The translations under genes were made by a program, and so were the position numbers. From IMG/VR virus record IMGVR_UViG_3300032323_001214, positions 1 to 64,000 of that record: DNA of 64,000 bases, one strand, 5' to 3'. Below, one piece after another: positions 34,835 to 46,451 of this stretch. The notes under the pieces were generated by a model that made no database searches, was not told where the DNA came from, and saw only the letters and a list, made by a program, of their open reading frames with translations. Position 1 is the first letter of the stretch. Each line of letters opens with the position of its first letter.

Positions 34835-37800
34835 TTAATTAGTTAAGAATGGTATTGTTGGTGGCGTAAAGTTGGCTGTGTAACGGGCAACGCCTTGAGT
34901 GATACGTAAATCGTTGATGTTACCAGTCATTGGAAATGCTGAAGTAACTACACCACTACCTATTTCTAGTGCGTAGTTGCCGGGAGTATAGCTAGTAGCG
35001 TTGACTGCGGAGCCTCGATTAACACCATCAATGTAGATAGTCACTGTTCCACTATTTCTAACCACTGCAATATGCGACCAAGTATTGTTGGCAAGTGTTG
35101 AGCCTGTTGTCAGTACCACAGATGTCAAATTACTATACCACCTTAGCTGATTATTACCATCATTTTTATAAAGTCTCCAGCCGCCTGCAATACCATAAGC
35201 TCTACTTATAATACTTTGCCAAGTACTATTTACGTTGGTAAAATTAATCCACATTTCAATGGTAAAATTACTAGGAAAATCAAATGCTGGACTGCTAGGA
35301 GAAAGTAAGTAGTCTCCAGTACCGTCAAAAAACATACTGGTGTTGCCATATTTGGCAGTGTTAGTTACCAAACGACTATCGCCCACAGTTTCCAAATTGT
35401 TCTGTGCGCTAGCATCGTAAATGCCTGCACCTGTACCATTTAATAATAATACTGAGTTTTGAACTGCGGTTAGTGGTTGATTACTTGGTACGAAGTTTGA
35501 GGTGTATAGTGCCGTCCCCTTCACCATACGTAAATTAGAAATGTAGCCATTAAAATAATCTACAAGAAGAGGCCATGCCCCTATAAACAAAAGACTAGAA
35601 TTGTCAGCAATATTAGGAAATGTGAACGTAGCACCTGCTTGCTGTCCATTTAAAAATATATATCCAGTAGTACCAGATTTTACAACTGCAACATGAACCC
35701 ATTGATTTAACGGCGAATTTTGGTTTCTAGTAAACGAAACTTCACCAGAACCGTTGTTGTATAAAAAAGTCCATCCATTTGTTGTGTTCCAATTTACAGA
35801 CCAATAAACAGTAGAACTTGATCGTTGGCTAACTATTTGATTAAATGCACCCGGAAAAGAGATTGCATAAGCCCAAAATTCTATAGTATAATTGGAATCA
35901 ATAGTCCATGCTGCATTATCTGCTAGTGTTAGATAATCCCCAGTGCCATCAAAATACATACTGCCACCAAATACGCTTGGCGAGTAACTTTGCAGTATTG
36001 AATATGTTACAGTAAAGGGATTGAAGAATGATGGCTGACTATTACCAGCAGCCGTGATTGTTAACTGGTTAGTGCTGTTATCTATAAATGTTGGGCTTTG
36101 GCAAGTCAACACTGTAGTACCAGAAATTGCAGTTAGCGGTGTGGTTGGTACTATGTATGTTGTACCAGAATAAACAACTGTATTAGTGACTCTAAAATTT
36201 GAGATATATCCAGTGTATGGAGTTGTACCATCACTTCTAGCGCCAATAATTGGGTTACCAGTATATAGTGATGTTGATACACCAGCTGTTATACTATCTC
36301 TTACCCCGTTCACATATAATGATAAATTATTTGATCCATCACGAACCCATGCTATATGATACCAAGTGTTTGCTGAGTATGTAGACGCAGATGCGTAACT
36401 TGTTGCTGCGATGCTAAAACTAAATTTATTGGCTGCATCGTTCCACAACATACTCCATCTACCTGCCGCAGGACTAGGATTACCAAGATATTGTCCGTAT
36501 ATACTTTGTGCAGCCGCAGTACCGGTAACATAGACCCAACACTCAACTGTAAACGTTCCAGTAGCAGCAACTGGCGCAGATGAAAGCGTTAAGAAATCCC
36601 CGGTACCATCAAAGTAAGCACTATAGTATGGCGTAGGTAATGTTGTGCCTGCAAACGGTCCAAACTTTTGTACACTAGTATTACCGACTACTGTAATTGC
36701 TAATCTATTAGCACTGTCATCAACAATAGTACTATCACGGCATGTTAATAAGCTTGTATTAGCAATTGGCAATAATGGTGTAGTACTAGGTGTGAAGGCT
36801 GATGTATAAACAGCGGCGCGTGTGTATCTGAAATTAGAAATGTATCCTGTAAAATACTGAAGTGCCCCGGCTGATCTGATAAATCCTATATTAAGAGTTG
36901 TTCCAGACGCCGGCGTATTGGTGATTGATCCTGAGGCTACTTCGACCCCGTTAACATAAATTTTAATAGTTGAATTGTTAGACACCACTGCAATATGATA
37001 CCATGTGTTGAGCGCAATAACACCGTTGGCAGATGATACCGCATAGTTAGTCGGACTAGTCGATTCAGAATAAAAATAAATTTCGCCCGATGGACCTCTA
37101 GATATCATTACTCGATTGGCATTACTTCCTGTGTTGCCGTTATACACATACCCAGCACCTTCCACGCCACCGGCAGCAGTTTGGTATACCCAGAATTCTA
37201 CAGTCCAAATTCCTGTGAGAGCAGGAGCAGTAACTGTCAAATTATCCCCGTTACCATCAAAATAATTACTCCAATTCTCAGCATAAGGACTAAATGTTCC
37301 TTGTGTAGTGTTGCCGTTGCGAGTGACTAAGAAATTGTTGGTACTTGAATCCAAAAACATATTATTGTTATTGGGTTGGTTTGTTTGGCAGGTTAATAAA
37401 CTGGTATTGGTCACTGATGTGAGTGGTTGTGTAGGTGGTGTAAAGTTTGCAGTGTAAAGTGCCGTTCCCTTGACAAATCTAGCATTACTGATATAACCAT
37501 TGAAGTAAGTATCAACTGTTGTATTGTATAATCCAACTAATATAGAGCCAGCAGAATCAGCAAACGCACCACTTAATGAAAAAGTCGTTGCATCTTGTAT
37601 ACCGTTGATAAAATACCTAAATGTTGTTCCGCTTCGGGTCCAAACTACGTGATTCCAAGTATTATACACTATTCTAGATGTTGATAGTGTACCATTTGTC
37701 TCACCACTTATATTATAGGCAATACTAAGTTGTCCTGTATTTTCTATTCTAAAAATGAACGATGTTGTGGCGGAACTTGGCCATTGACCTATAACTGTTA

Positions 37801-40030
37801 CAGTCTTTGAAGAAAATTGATAAACCCAGGCCTCAACTGTGAAGTCACCTGTAATTTGAAACGCAGAATTGTCGGCTATACTTAGATAATCCCCGGTACC
37901 ATCAAAGTATGTGCTGCCAGTTCCAGTAATTGTTTGACTTGTAAAGGTTTGCGTAAACGGAGTTACAGCAACAGGTTGTGCTTGTCCAACTGAAGTAATA
38001 GCAAAGTTATTTGTTGAGTTATCAATTAATGTAGAATTTTGACAAGTCAACAAACTTGTTCCACTAATAGCAGTAAGTGGTTGTGTAGGCGGTGTAAAGT
38101 TACTAGTATAAACTGCGGTGCCATTTACTATACGGAAGTTAGAAATATATCCAGGAAAATATCCTGCACCCGACGGTGTTCCTGCATCAGCACCTATATA
38201 TATTGGAGCAACAGGTGACATTAACGCCCCCGTTGCTGTTCCCGTAGATCCACCTGCAACACCGTTGATATAATAAGACACCGTAGTACCACTTCTTACT
38301 AGTGCAATATGTGTCCAAGTATTTACAGTCAATGACGGACTCGATAAATTCACAGCCCAAGAACTGCCGGATGTTGATACAAGAAATTGTAATGTTGCCC
38401 CATTAAACTCCATTAATATAGGGGCGTAGTTAGCTTCTGATGCTCGTTGACCAAACAAACCCTTAACTCCAGAAAGTGCAGTCGGGTATATCCACATCTC
38501 AATGGTAAAGTTTGCACTTATATTGAAGGCGGCGTTATTGGGAATAGTTAAAAAGTCGCCGGTACCATCAAAATAACCACTGTAAAGATTAGGTACGCCT
38601 ATACTACTTGGAATAACAAACGGATCAAAACCGTCAATTCTAACATCACCGTTGCGTGTGATAGCAAAATTGTTAGTACTGTTGTCTATAAATCTGTTTG
38701 ATTGACAGGTTAACAAGCTGGTTCCGGTGATGTTTGTGAGTGGAATTGTACTTGGTGTGAAGTTAGAAGTATAAACTGCGGTTCCCTTTACAAATCTAAA
38801 ATTACTCATGTACCCGTCAACGGCCTGCACTCCATTAGCAGCACCGGCCATCAATGACAGATTACCACTGGTTCCAATTGCACCAGTTGCTACACTAGCT
38901 GTAGTTCCTGCAACCCCATTCCGATAAAAAGTCATAGTATTTCCGGACCTGACCAATGCTATATGTTGCCATTGATTTAGTAAAACAGTAAATCCAGTAC
39001 TGGCCCCACTTACCTGCCAACTATTTGCTGCTGAGTTTGCTATGAAATACAAATAATTTCCAGAACTGTCCATAACTATACAAGCACCTCCAACATCTGT
39101 TGAAAGTGTAGCAGTAGCTCTTTGTGCCCAAAATGTCTTAAAGTTTCCTGAACTGGGTAAACTCAATGGATAAACCCATGCTTCCCAAGTACAATTACCG
39201 GATTCGGGCCGAATATTTGTAGTGTCGGCTACAGTTAGATAATCTCCAGTACCATCAAAGAAATTACTGTAATAACCCGGTGTGTAGGGACCAAAGTTGT
39301 TGGGTCGTGCATCACCAAATACACTTATATTAAAATTATTGGTACTAGCATCATCATTAAAAATACTTGTACTTGTTGTGCCGGGTAGTAATAAAGTTAC
39401 ATAATCCCAAAATTGATCTCCTGCAACTATTGTTATTGCAAATGCTTTAGGACTATCTTGTAATTGCGGATCGATTGCTTCAATTGTAAAATTATAAGTA
39501 GTGTCTGAAGTTAACCCAGTTACAGTGCCACTTAGTAATCCACTACTACTTAATGTTAGTCCAGACGGTAATGTACTACCTGCTTGTAATGCATATGTTA
39601 ATGGAGTATCTCCTGTAGCACTTAATTGTATACTTATAGGGATTGATGTTACACCTTGTGGTAATGGACTTGCTGTTACCCAAGTTGGTGTACCACTGTA
39701 TGTTAATCCATTTACTATGATCGCAGTGCTTCCATTTGTGTTTACTACATATACTACATATGTGCCTGCACTCATAGCCGGTACTTGTACTCTAAGTGTA
39801 GTAGAGTTTACAAATGCAACACTTGTTGCGTTTGTGCTACTGATAATTACATTACAACCAGTAGCAAAATTTGTACCAGTAATAACAATATAACCACCGC
39901 TAGTACTGACTGCACTATCATCCAACGGAGTCCAACTGCTATTAGTAACTGTAATACTAGTAATAGATACTGGAGCTAAAACGGCAAGTGTAGCCGGTTG
40001 TATGTTGGTTGATGATATTTGTGTTGTCAT
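34835..40030 (-). CDS. large LamG/concanavalin A-like repeat tail protein
   Basis: Seven YFDG.GD.L...T.E.W...W.H.A...GYISNFR repeats after an IPT/Ig N-terminus. Confidence 0.9.
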   Translation of the reverse strand: MTTQISSTNIQPATLAVLAPVSITSITVTNSSWTPLDDSAVSTSGGYIVITGTNFATGCNVIISSTNATSVAFVNSTTLRVQVPAMSAGTYVVYVVNTNGSTAIIVNGLTYSGTPTWVTASPLPQGVTSIPISIQLSATGDTPLTYALQAGSTLPSGLTLSSSGLLSGTVTGLTSDTTYNFTIEAIDPQLQDSPKAFAITIVAGDQFWDYVTLLLPGTTSTSIFNDDASTNNFNISVFGDARPNNFGPYTPGYYSNFFDGTGDYLTVADTTNIRPESGNCTWEAWVYPLSLPSSGNFKTFWAQRATATLSTDVGGACIVMDSSGNYLYFIANSAANSWQVSGASTGFTVLLNQWQHIALVRSGNTMTFYRNGVAGTTASVATGAIGTSGNLSLMAGAANGVQAVDGYMSNFRFVKGTAVYTSNFTPSTIPLTNITGTSLLTCQSNRFIDNSTNNFAITRNGDVRIDGFDPFVIPSSIGVPNLYSGYFDGTGDFLTIPNNAAFNISANFTIEMWIYPTALSGVKGLFGQRASEANYAPILMEFNGATLQFLVSTSGSSWAVNLSSPSLTVNTWTHIALVRSGTTVSYYINGVAGGSTGTATGALMSPVAPIYIGADAGTPSGAGYFPGYISNFRIVNGTAVYTSNFTPPTQPLTAISGTSLLTCQNSTLIDNSTNNFAITSVGQAQPVAVTPFTQTFTSQTITGTGSTYFDGTGDYLSIADNSAFQITGDFTVEAWVYQFSSKTVTVIGQWPSSATTSFIFRIENTGQLSIAYNISGETNGTLSTSRIVYNTWNHVVWTRSGTTFRYFINGIQDATTFSLSGAFADSAGSILVGLYNTTVDTYFNGYISNARFVKGTALYTANFTPPTQPLTSVTNTSLLTCQTNQPNNNNMFLDSSTNNFLVTRNGNTTQGTFSPYAENWSNYFDGNGDNLTVTAPALTGIWTVEFWVYQTAAGGVEGAGYVYNGNTGSNANRVMISRGPSGEIYFYSESTSPTNYAVSSANGVIALNTWYHIAVVSNNSTIKIYVNGVEVASGSITNTPASGTTLNIGFIRSAGALQYFTGYISNFRYTRAAVYTSAFTPSTTPLLPIANTSLLTCRDSTIVDDSANRLAITVVGNTSVQKFGPFAGTTLPTPYYSAYFDGTGDFLTLSSAPVAATGTFTVECWVYVTGTAAAQSIYGQYLGNPSPAAGRWSMLWNDAANKFSFSIAATSYASASTYSANTWYHIAWVRDGSNNLSLYVNGVRDSITAGVSTSLYTGNPIIGARSDGTTPYTGYISNFRVTNTVVYSGTTYIVPTTPLTAISGTTVLTCQSPTFIDNSTNQLTITAAGNSQPSFFNPFTVTYSILQSYSPSVFGGSMYFDGTGDYLTLADNAAWTIDSNYTIEFWAYAISFPGAFNQIVSQRSSSTVYWSVNWNTTNGWTFLYNNGSGEVSFTRNQNSPLNQWVHVAVVKSGTTGYIFLNGQQAGATFTFPNIADNSSLLFIGAWPLLVDYFNGYISNLRMVKGTALYTSNFVPSNQPLTAVQNSVLLLNGTGAGIYDASAQNNLETVGDSRLVTNTAKYGNTSMFFDGTGDYLLSPSSPAFDFPSNFTIEMWINFTNVNSTWQSIISRAYGIAGGWRLYKNDGNNQLRWYSNLTSVVLTTGSTLANNTWSHIAVVRNSGTVTIYIDGVNRGSAVNATSYTPGNYALEIGSGVVTSAFPMTGNINDLRITQGVARYTANFTPPTIPFLTN

Positions 40031-40044
40031 GCTATTATTTATTT

Positions 40045-40137
40045 TTAATATATAATTGAGTCAGAATCAGTGAATTGATAAATTCTAAATCCACTTGATT
40101 CTGGCACTATTGTTGCTGCTGGTGTGTGTTCCTTCAT
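40045..40137 (-). pseudogene. remnant of a glycine-rich tail gene 3' end
   Basis: 30-aa frame containing GFRIYQF; 23/24-nt match between 40071-40094 and 33454-33477. Confidence 0.55.
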
Positions 40138-40172
40138 TATTTTTATTCTATAAAAATGTGTCATCTTATTAA

Positions 40173-43100
40173 TTATTCGTACATGATGTTTACTGTGCCG
40201 GCGTCAAAAGTGCTAATCGATGCTACCAATGATACTCTATCTAATACGCCACTTAATGCAATATAACCAGTCCAAGCTTGTGCAATAGTATCACTTGGTC
40301 TTGCAGCTATTCCAGTAGCCATCCAAAGATTAGTCGTTGGGTTTACTAAGGTTATAACACATTGTCCGTACACTATAGCAGCACCGGCACCGGCACCAGT
40401 AGTAAAGTTTGCTAAGGTTGTAGTAGCTGAAGCAACTGAACTAGTACCAGCATTAACAGTGGTCGACTGTAGCCATGTATAACCAGTCGTAGCTAAACTA
40501 CCAGACCCTACAAGAATACCTGAAGAACCGGCGCCTACAAAACTTAATCCAACCACATTTATAGTAATTCTCTTGACCCAACTTGGTATACCTGTAAAGT
40601 CTACGCTGGTTCCGCTAGCAGTCTGCGCTGTGCCCAACACCAGGGGATATAGTGTGCCGGTTCCAGCAGTTATGTTACCTGAGGCACTAATGTTACCTGA
40701 AGCAGTTATGTTACTTGTCGCACTGATATTACCTGTTGACAATGTAGATGTTGTCTTATTGAAGGTAAGATTTGCATTACCACCAATGATGTTAGCGTCA
40801 TTGAACTGAATCTGGGTGTTACTGCCTGCTGCCGCAGTTAGACCTGTTGCTACTACTGTACCCAATTCACGTATTTGAATTGCTTGTGCGTTTGCAGGTG
40901 CAGTAGTAAATGTTAAGTTTGCACCAGACACAGTATAATCTGAGTCAGGTGTTTGCAATATACCGTTTTCTGTGACTAATACACCTGTACTTGTTACGCC
41001 ATTTGTTACAGCAAATGTAGTCTGTACTCCATTTCCTGTATATGTTCTTGTAGTAAAAGTAGGCTGTGCATTACTTAGTGCTGATACGGTTGTTACTTCA
41101 ATTAGTGCACCATTTGCGGGAGCTCCGTCAAATATAATACTTGTACCACTTAGTGAATAATCAGTTTTTAATTGACTTACACCGTCAATATTTACAAATG
41201 TGTAGTTTTCACTCTGTGGTGCTGCACTTAATGTAAAGGTTGTTTGTACTCCGTTACCAGTAAATGAATCTAAAATAACTGATGCAGGACCACCACCTCC
41301 ACCGCCTGTTATATTAACAGTAACAGCATTTCCTATAGTTGTTGCAGTAACACCTGACCCTACAAAGTCTAAGCTAGAAACAGTATTTGTTAATAAATTA
41401 CCTTCATCATAAATTGCAATATTAGCAGAGCCGCCACCACCAGATTGTGCTACCCAACTTAAATTACCTGCACCGTCTGTTCTTAACACATAATTTGCGA
41501 TACCGCCTGTAATTATTACATTACTTGCAGGGCCTAAATTACTTGTACCGCCCACACTTAAGTTACCGGTGACGTTTGCCGTACCCGTAATATTTGCGCC
41601 GGTTCCTGTAATTACAACTATGTTTGCATTGCCGGCTGATGAAATAGCTACATTACCATTTGCTGATGGAATTCTTACATTACTATTACCGTTTGCTAAT
41701 ACACCAACTAAATTACCAGCAGTAATATTACCAGTAACTGCTAATGAACTCAATATTCCTAAGCTAGTAATATTTCCCTGTGCAGCCGTTGTTAATGTAC
41801 CTGCTATAAAGTTTGCTGTTAGTAGATTTCCTGCATTTATATTACCGGCAGTTATGTTGCCGTTCGCAGATACTGCACTAGATATTACAACAATGCCTGT
41901 TCCATTAGGAGATAAGTTGATATTACCATTCGCACCAGTAATTATTGATAACTCAGTGGTATCAACAATATTTCCAGTTAAATTTAGATTTCCACCGGTA
42001 ATGTTACCGGTAGCAGTAAGTGAACCACCGGTTATAATATTACCAAATGTACCATTGCCTGTTGCAATTATTAAACCAGCTGTTCCTAAATTACCAACGT
42101 TAGCATTACCGCTTACTGACACACTAGTTAATGTACCAACACTTGTTATATTTGGTTGACTTGCTGTAGTTAAAGTACCACCTAAAGTTGTAGCTACTAT
42201 CCCAGTTGCACCTAAATTACCAACGTTAGCATTACCTGTAACACTTAGTGTTCCGCCTGTTATTAAGTTACCACCAGTGACATTACCTGTTGCTATTATC
42301 AATCCAGCAGTACCTAAATTACCAACGTTAGCATTACCAGTTGCGCTAATTCTGCCAGCTGTAGTAATATTACCACCAGATACATTACCGGTAACTGTAA
42401 TTGCACTTGTTGTTTTGTCAAATGTAAACCCGTTGTTTCCGGCAATTGTTCCAGCATCGCTGAACAATACTTGTGTGTTGCTACCTACAGTAATATTACC
42501 AGAAATATTTCCTACAACATTACCATTGAAATAATTAGCAGAAACATTACCAGTAAATGTTGCATTGCCGGTGGCTACTAGATTTCCTAGCTTTACAGTA
42601 GGGTAAGATGCATTTGCCCAATCAATTACTGTTGTGGGGTGTGTTGCAACATTATCGAAGAAAGTCCAAACACTGTCTACTTCATTTCTTGCTATACCGG
42701 TATACTTGAGTGTACCCACAGTGTAACTTGCTACTATGCCTAAATCGTATGTGTCACCTGGATTGTTTGCACCTATATAAATTAAAGGATCACCTACAAC
42801 TAAGTCAGTTACATTACTATAATTTAAATTACCTGTTACATTGACATTACCAGTAACGTCTAAATTGGCATTTATTTTTGTATAACCATTTATATTAGCA
42901 CCGTTAGCACCTACAAATAATGAAGCTACGTTCGCGGTGCCACCAGTAATGATGTTACCGCCGGTGATATTACCTATAGTAATAAGAGCTCCTGATATTC
43001 GAGCATTTGCAATGTTGGCGTTTGCCGCAACAGTAAGTTCACCACTTGAAGTTAAATTACCTGCACTTATCTGTCCGGGTGTAGTAATAAAACCAGTTAA

Positions 43101-46100
43101 GCCTAAGTTTGCAATATTACTGTTTCCTGTTACACTAAGTCCTTGTAAAGCAGATATTCTTGCATTTGCAAAAACACCATTACTTCTTATACTTAATACT
43201 GCATCAGTTCCACTAGCAGATATATCTATTGCACCATTACTAGTTATTGCAATATTACTGCTTCCATTTGCAAAACTAGCACCAGTTATTTCGCCCGTTG
43301 ATCTTATATTTCCATTAACAATAACACCATATTCTGCAACTTGTAGAACATTTGGAGTACCGTTAACTGTGATGTTAACATTGCTATTTGCAGTAACTAA
43401 TACATTACTACTTCCATTGATAATTGCAGTACCTGCTGGAATAGTTAAGTTTGTTAATAAGTATCCATCACCACTGAAGAAATTAGCATTTACTAAGTTT
43501 CCTAAATTAGCATTAAGTGCTGTGATATTTCCGTTTGAAGAAATAGCACCATTACTGTTTATGTTTCCATTTATATTAGCAGTACTAGAAACAACTAAAC
43601 TACCACTGAAGTTTGCATTAGCACCGGTAACGTTACCTGTAAATAATCCAACTCCTGCACCAATATTACCTACGTTAGCGTTGCCGGAAACACTTAGTGT
43701 TCCAACTAAGTTAGCTCCAGTGTTTCTTACTACCCATACATTAGCAGTTCCTGCAACACTTGTTCTTACGTTACCACTACCGTCAACAAATATATTACTT
43801 GTACCATTGATAAGTGCAGTGCCTGCCGGAATAGTTAAGTTTGATAATAAATATCCGTCACCACTAAAGAAGTTAGCACTTACAAGATTACCACCGTTTA
43901 TGTTACCTGCATTAATATTTGAACTGACGTTTAAGTTGGCATTAACGTTTGTTCTGTTGTTTAGTGTAGTGTTACCAGTAACTGATAAATTACCTGATGT
44001 TGAAAGAGTAAATGCTGAAGTAACTGCATTAGCAGATACAGTGTCATCAGCACTTATATTATTGTTTGCGTTAATACTACCATTAACTTGAATACTAGCA
44101 GCGTTAATATGAGCAACATTGGAAGTACCTGAAACAAACAATCTCTCTTGTGCAGATAAATTTCCCTGAATTACTGCGGTTCCAAAATCTCCCCCAACTT
44201 TTCTAATTAATAAAGTTTCGCCGGTAATAGCACCATTTGCAGTAATAGCACCATTTGCAGTAACATCAGCATTAACATTTAATGCGTTTTGAACTGATAA
44301 AGTTGTTGAATTTATTGTTGTAATATTAGCAACGGCAAAGTTAGCGTTTGTTCCCAATAATTGTTTATTGAGCACAACACTGTTGCCAGTCACTGTTACA
44401 ACGTTTGCATTTCCTTCTGCCGTGATAGTTACGTTTGCATTTGCTGCTACTTGTACATTACTATTTCCATTTGTAATTGCTGAACCGGCTACTATAGTAA
44501 GGTTACTGATTAGATATCCGTCACCTTGTAAAAAGTTTGCAGTAACTAGATTTCCACCATTAAGGTTTCCTGCAGTTATATTTCCTGAAGCAGCTATATT
44601 TCCTGAGGCATTTATTCCTACTACATTAGCATTGGTAATACTTGCAAATGATGCGCTAACATTTCCTAATACTGTATTACCTGTTACACGTAAAACATTG
44701 CTAATGTTAGCATTACCCGTGACACTAATCCAATTATCATGTAATTCTAGAACATTACCTGAACCAATATCAAATGCTATCCAAGTACCAGTACCATTCA
44801 ATGTCATGGAAACATTACCTGTCTTGATAACATTAGCTAATATATTTGCATTACTAACAATATTAGTGTTAAAATATGTGTTAGATTCCGTTACAATTAC
44901 TCTATTAGCACTGCCGTTAATAGAAAATGTCACATTTGCATTTGGTTCTACGAATACATTACTGTTGCCATTTACAATACTAGTTCCACCGGCAACCGTA
45001 ATGTTCGTCAAAAATCTGCCATCACCTTGAAAGAAATTAGCAAGTGCTAAGTTTCCTAAATTAGCATTAAATACAGTGAGGTTACCATTAGCGTTAATTG
45101 CACCATTAGCGTCAATTGCACCATTGGCTACAATGTTTGCAGCAGTAATATTACCGAGTGCATTTATTATTCCCGATGTTTGTAACGTGCCTATTGATGC
45201 ACGACCTGTGACACTTAAGTTTGATGATAGAGAAATATTATTCGCACTAACGTTTCCACTTACAGCTAAACTACTTAAAGATCCATAACCATTTGTGTAA
45301 AAATCTGATTTATTCGTTGCATTAGGATTACCTACAGTAAGTCTTGTATTAACAATTGCATTTGTACCTACATACAAGTTTGTTTGAATGTTTGCATTGC
45401 CAATAACGCTTAGATCACCCGATGTATTAATATTAACACCGCTCAAATTTCCAGATGCTGCGAAAGAACCGATAATATTCGCATTACCCATACTAACATT
45501 ACCGGTAACATTTAAATTACCACTTGCTGCAATGTCAACAACAGATAAGTTGCCTAAAGAAGACATATTTCCTAAAGTAGTAATGTCTCCTGTAGCACCT
45601 ATTGTTCCTGTAACATCTAAGCCATTTTTTGTTATTAATGCTACGTTGCTAACGCCATTGGAAGAAATTCCTATACTGCTATTATTAGCAATTGTAATAT
45701 TACTATTACCATTTGCCAATATGCTAGTTGAAGTATTTGCACTTCCACCTATAACAAATGCGCCGCCCGATGGGTTTGTAATTATAACTGCTGTAGAATT
45801 AGCACTTAAAGTGGCACTACCTAAATTAATAGTAGTACCTGACAAATACAAATCGTTAAATCTATTTGTGTTATTACCTAAATCGTATGCTACATTGGAA
45901 GTAGGAATGATGTTACCAGTTAAACTTAACTGACCATTAACTGCAAGATTAGGAGTAGTAACTACTCCTGTTATTTCATTAAAAGTAAAAGCAGAGTTCC
46001 CGCCAAATACGCCGGTATCATTATATTGAATCTGCGTGTTTGAACCGCCAGGTACGCCATTACCCCCGCCTCCGCCGCCGCCTTCTACTTCTATAAGTAC

Positions 46101-46448
46101 TCCATCAACTTCCAATGCACCATCAATTGTGATAGGTATATTAAAAAGTCCTTGAAAGTTATTTGATACTGTATACGACTCTCCTGTAGGAATAAAGTAC
46201 GGCATGGGTGCCGCTAAATTACTACTACCACCTGATACCGAAGTGAAAGTTAAGTTTCCTAATCCATCAGTAGTTACTACTTGTCCATTAGAACCACCTG
46301 ATAATTTTAAATTACTAACAGGACCTAAATCTGTTATACCATTAGCGGTGATATTAGTGGTAGTAATATCACCGTTAGCTAGTATAATATTCGCAGGTTG
46401 TTCTCCTACCGAAAAACCATGGATCGAATTAAAGGGTTTAATTGCCAT
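40173..46448 (-). CDS. giant tail fibre protein (2091 aa)
   Basis: Asn/Gly/Ile/Thr-rich repeats, GSNTQIQ.N motifs, FTGNG.QTTF domains. Confidence 0.85.
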   Translation of the reverse strand: MAIKPFNSIHGFSVGEQPANIILANGDITTTNITANGITDLGPVSNLKLSGGSNGQVVTTDGLGNLTFTSVSGGSSNLAAPMPYFIPTGESYTVSNNFQGLFNIPITIDGALEVDGVLIEVEGGGGGGGNGVPGGSNTQIQYNDTGVFGGNSAFTFNEITGVVTTPNLAVNGQLSLTGNIIPTSNVAYDLGNNTNRFNDLYLSGTTINLGSATLSANSTAVIITNPSGGAFVIGGSANTSTSILANGNSNITIANNSSIGISSNGVSNVALITKNGLDVTGTIGATGDITTLGNMSSLGNLSVVDIAASGNLNVTGNVSMGNANIIGSFAASGNLSGVNINTSGDLSVIGNANIQTNLYVGTNAIVNTRLTVGNPNATNKSDFYTNGYGSLSSLAVSGNVSANNISLSSNLSVTGRASIGTLQTSGIINALGNITAANIVANGAIDANGAINANGNLTVFNANLGNLALANFFQGDGRFLTNITVAGGTSIVNGNSNVFVEPNANVTFSINGSANRVIVTESNTYFNTNIVSNANILANVIKTGNVSMTLNGTGTWIAFDIGSGNVLELHDNWISVTGNANISNVLRVTGNTVLGNVSASFASITNANVVGINASGNIAASGNITAGNLNGGNLVTANFLQGDGYLISNLTIVAGSAITNGNSNVQVAANANVTITAEGNANVVTVTGNSVVLNKQLLGTNANFAVANITTINSTTLSVQNALNVNADVTANGAITANGAITGETLLIRKVGGDFGTAVIQGNLSAQERLFVSGTSNVAHINAASIQVNGSINANNNISADDTVSANAVTSAFTLSTSGNLSVTGNTTLNNRTNVNANLNVSSNINAGNINGGNLVSANFFSGDGYLLSNLTIPAGTALINGTSNIFVDGSGNVRTSVAGTANVWVVRNTGANLVGTLSVSGNANVGNIGAGVGLFTGNVTGANANFSGSLVVSSTANINGNINSNGAISSNGNITALNANLGNLVNANFFSGDGYLLTNLTIPAGTAIINGSSNVLVTANSNVNITVNGTPNVLQVAEYGVIVNGNIRSTGEITGASFANGSSNIAITSNGAIDISASGTDAVLSIRSNGVFANARISALQGLSVTGNSNIANLGLTGFITTPGQISAGNLTSSGELTVAANANIANARISGALITIGNITGGNIITGGTANVASLFVGANGANINGYTKINANLDVTGNVNVTGNLNYSNVTDLVVGDPLIYIGANNPGDTYDLGIVASYTVGTLKYTGIARNEVDSVWTFFDNVATHPTTVIDWANASYPTVKLGNLVATGNATFTGNVSANYFNGNVVGNISGNITVGSNTQVLFSDAGTIAGNNGFTFDKTTSAITVTGNVSGGNITTAGRISATGNANVGNLGTAGLIIATGNVTGGNLITGGTLSVTGNANVGNLGATGIVATTLGGTLTTASQPNITSVGTLTSVSVSGNANVGNLGTAGLIIATGNGTFGNIITGGSLTATGNITGGNLNLTGNIVDTTELSIITGANGNINLSPNGTGIVVISSAVSANGNITAGNINAGNLLTANFIAGTLTTAAQGNITSLGILSSLAVTGNITAGNLVGVLANGNSNVRIPSANGNVAISSAGNANIVVITGTGANITGTANVTGNLSVGGTSNLGPASNVIITGGIANYVLRTDGAGNLSWVAQSGGGGSANIAIYDEGNLLTNTVSSLDFVGSGVTATTIGNAVTVNITGGGGGGPASVILDSFTGNGVQTTFTLSAAPQSENYTFVNIDGVSQLKTDYSLSGTSIIFDGAPANGALIEVTTVSALSNAQPTFTTRTYTGNGVQTTFAVTNGVTSTGVLVTENGILQTPDSDYTVSGANLTFTTAPANAQAIQIRELGTVVATGLTAAAGSNTQIQFNDANIIGGNANLTFNKTTSTLSTGNISATSNITASGNISASGNITAGTGTLYPLVLGTAQTASGTSVDFTGIPSWVKRITINVVGLSFVGAGSSGILVGSGSLATTGYTWLQSTTVNAGTSSVASATTTLANFTTGAGAGAAIVYGQCVITLVNPTTNLWMATGIAARPSDTIAQAWTGYIALSGVLDRVSLVASISTFDAGTVNIMYE

Positions 46449-46451
46449 TTA

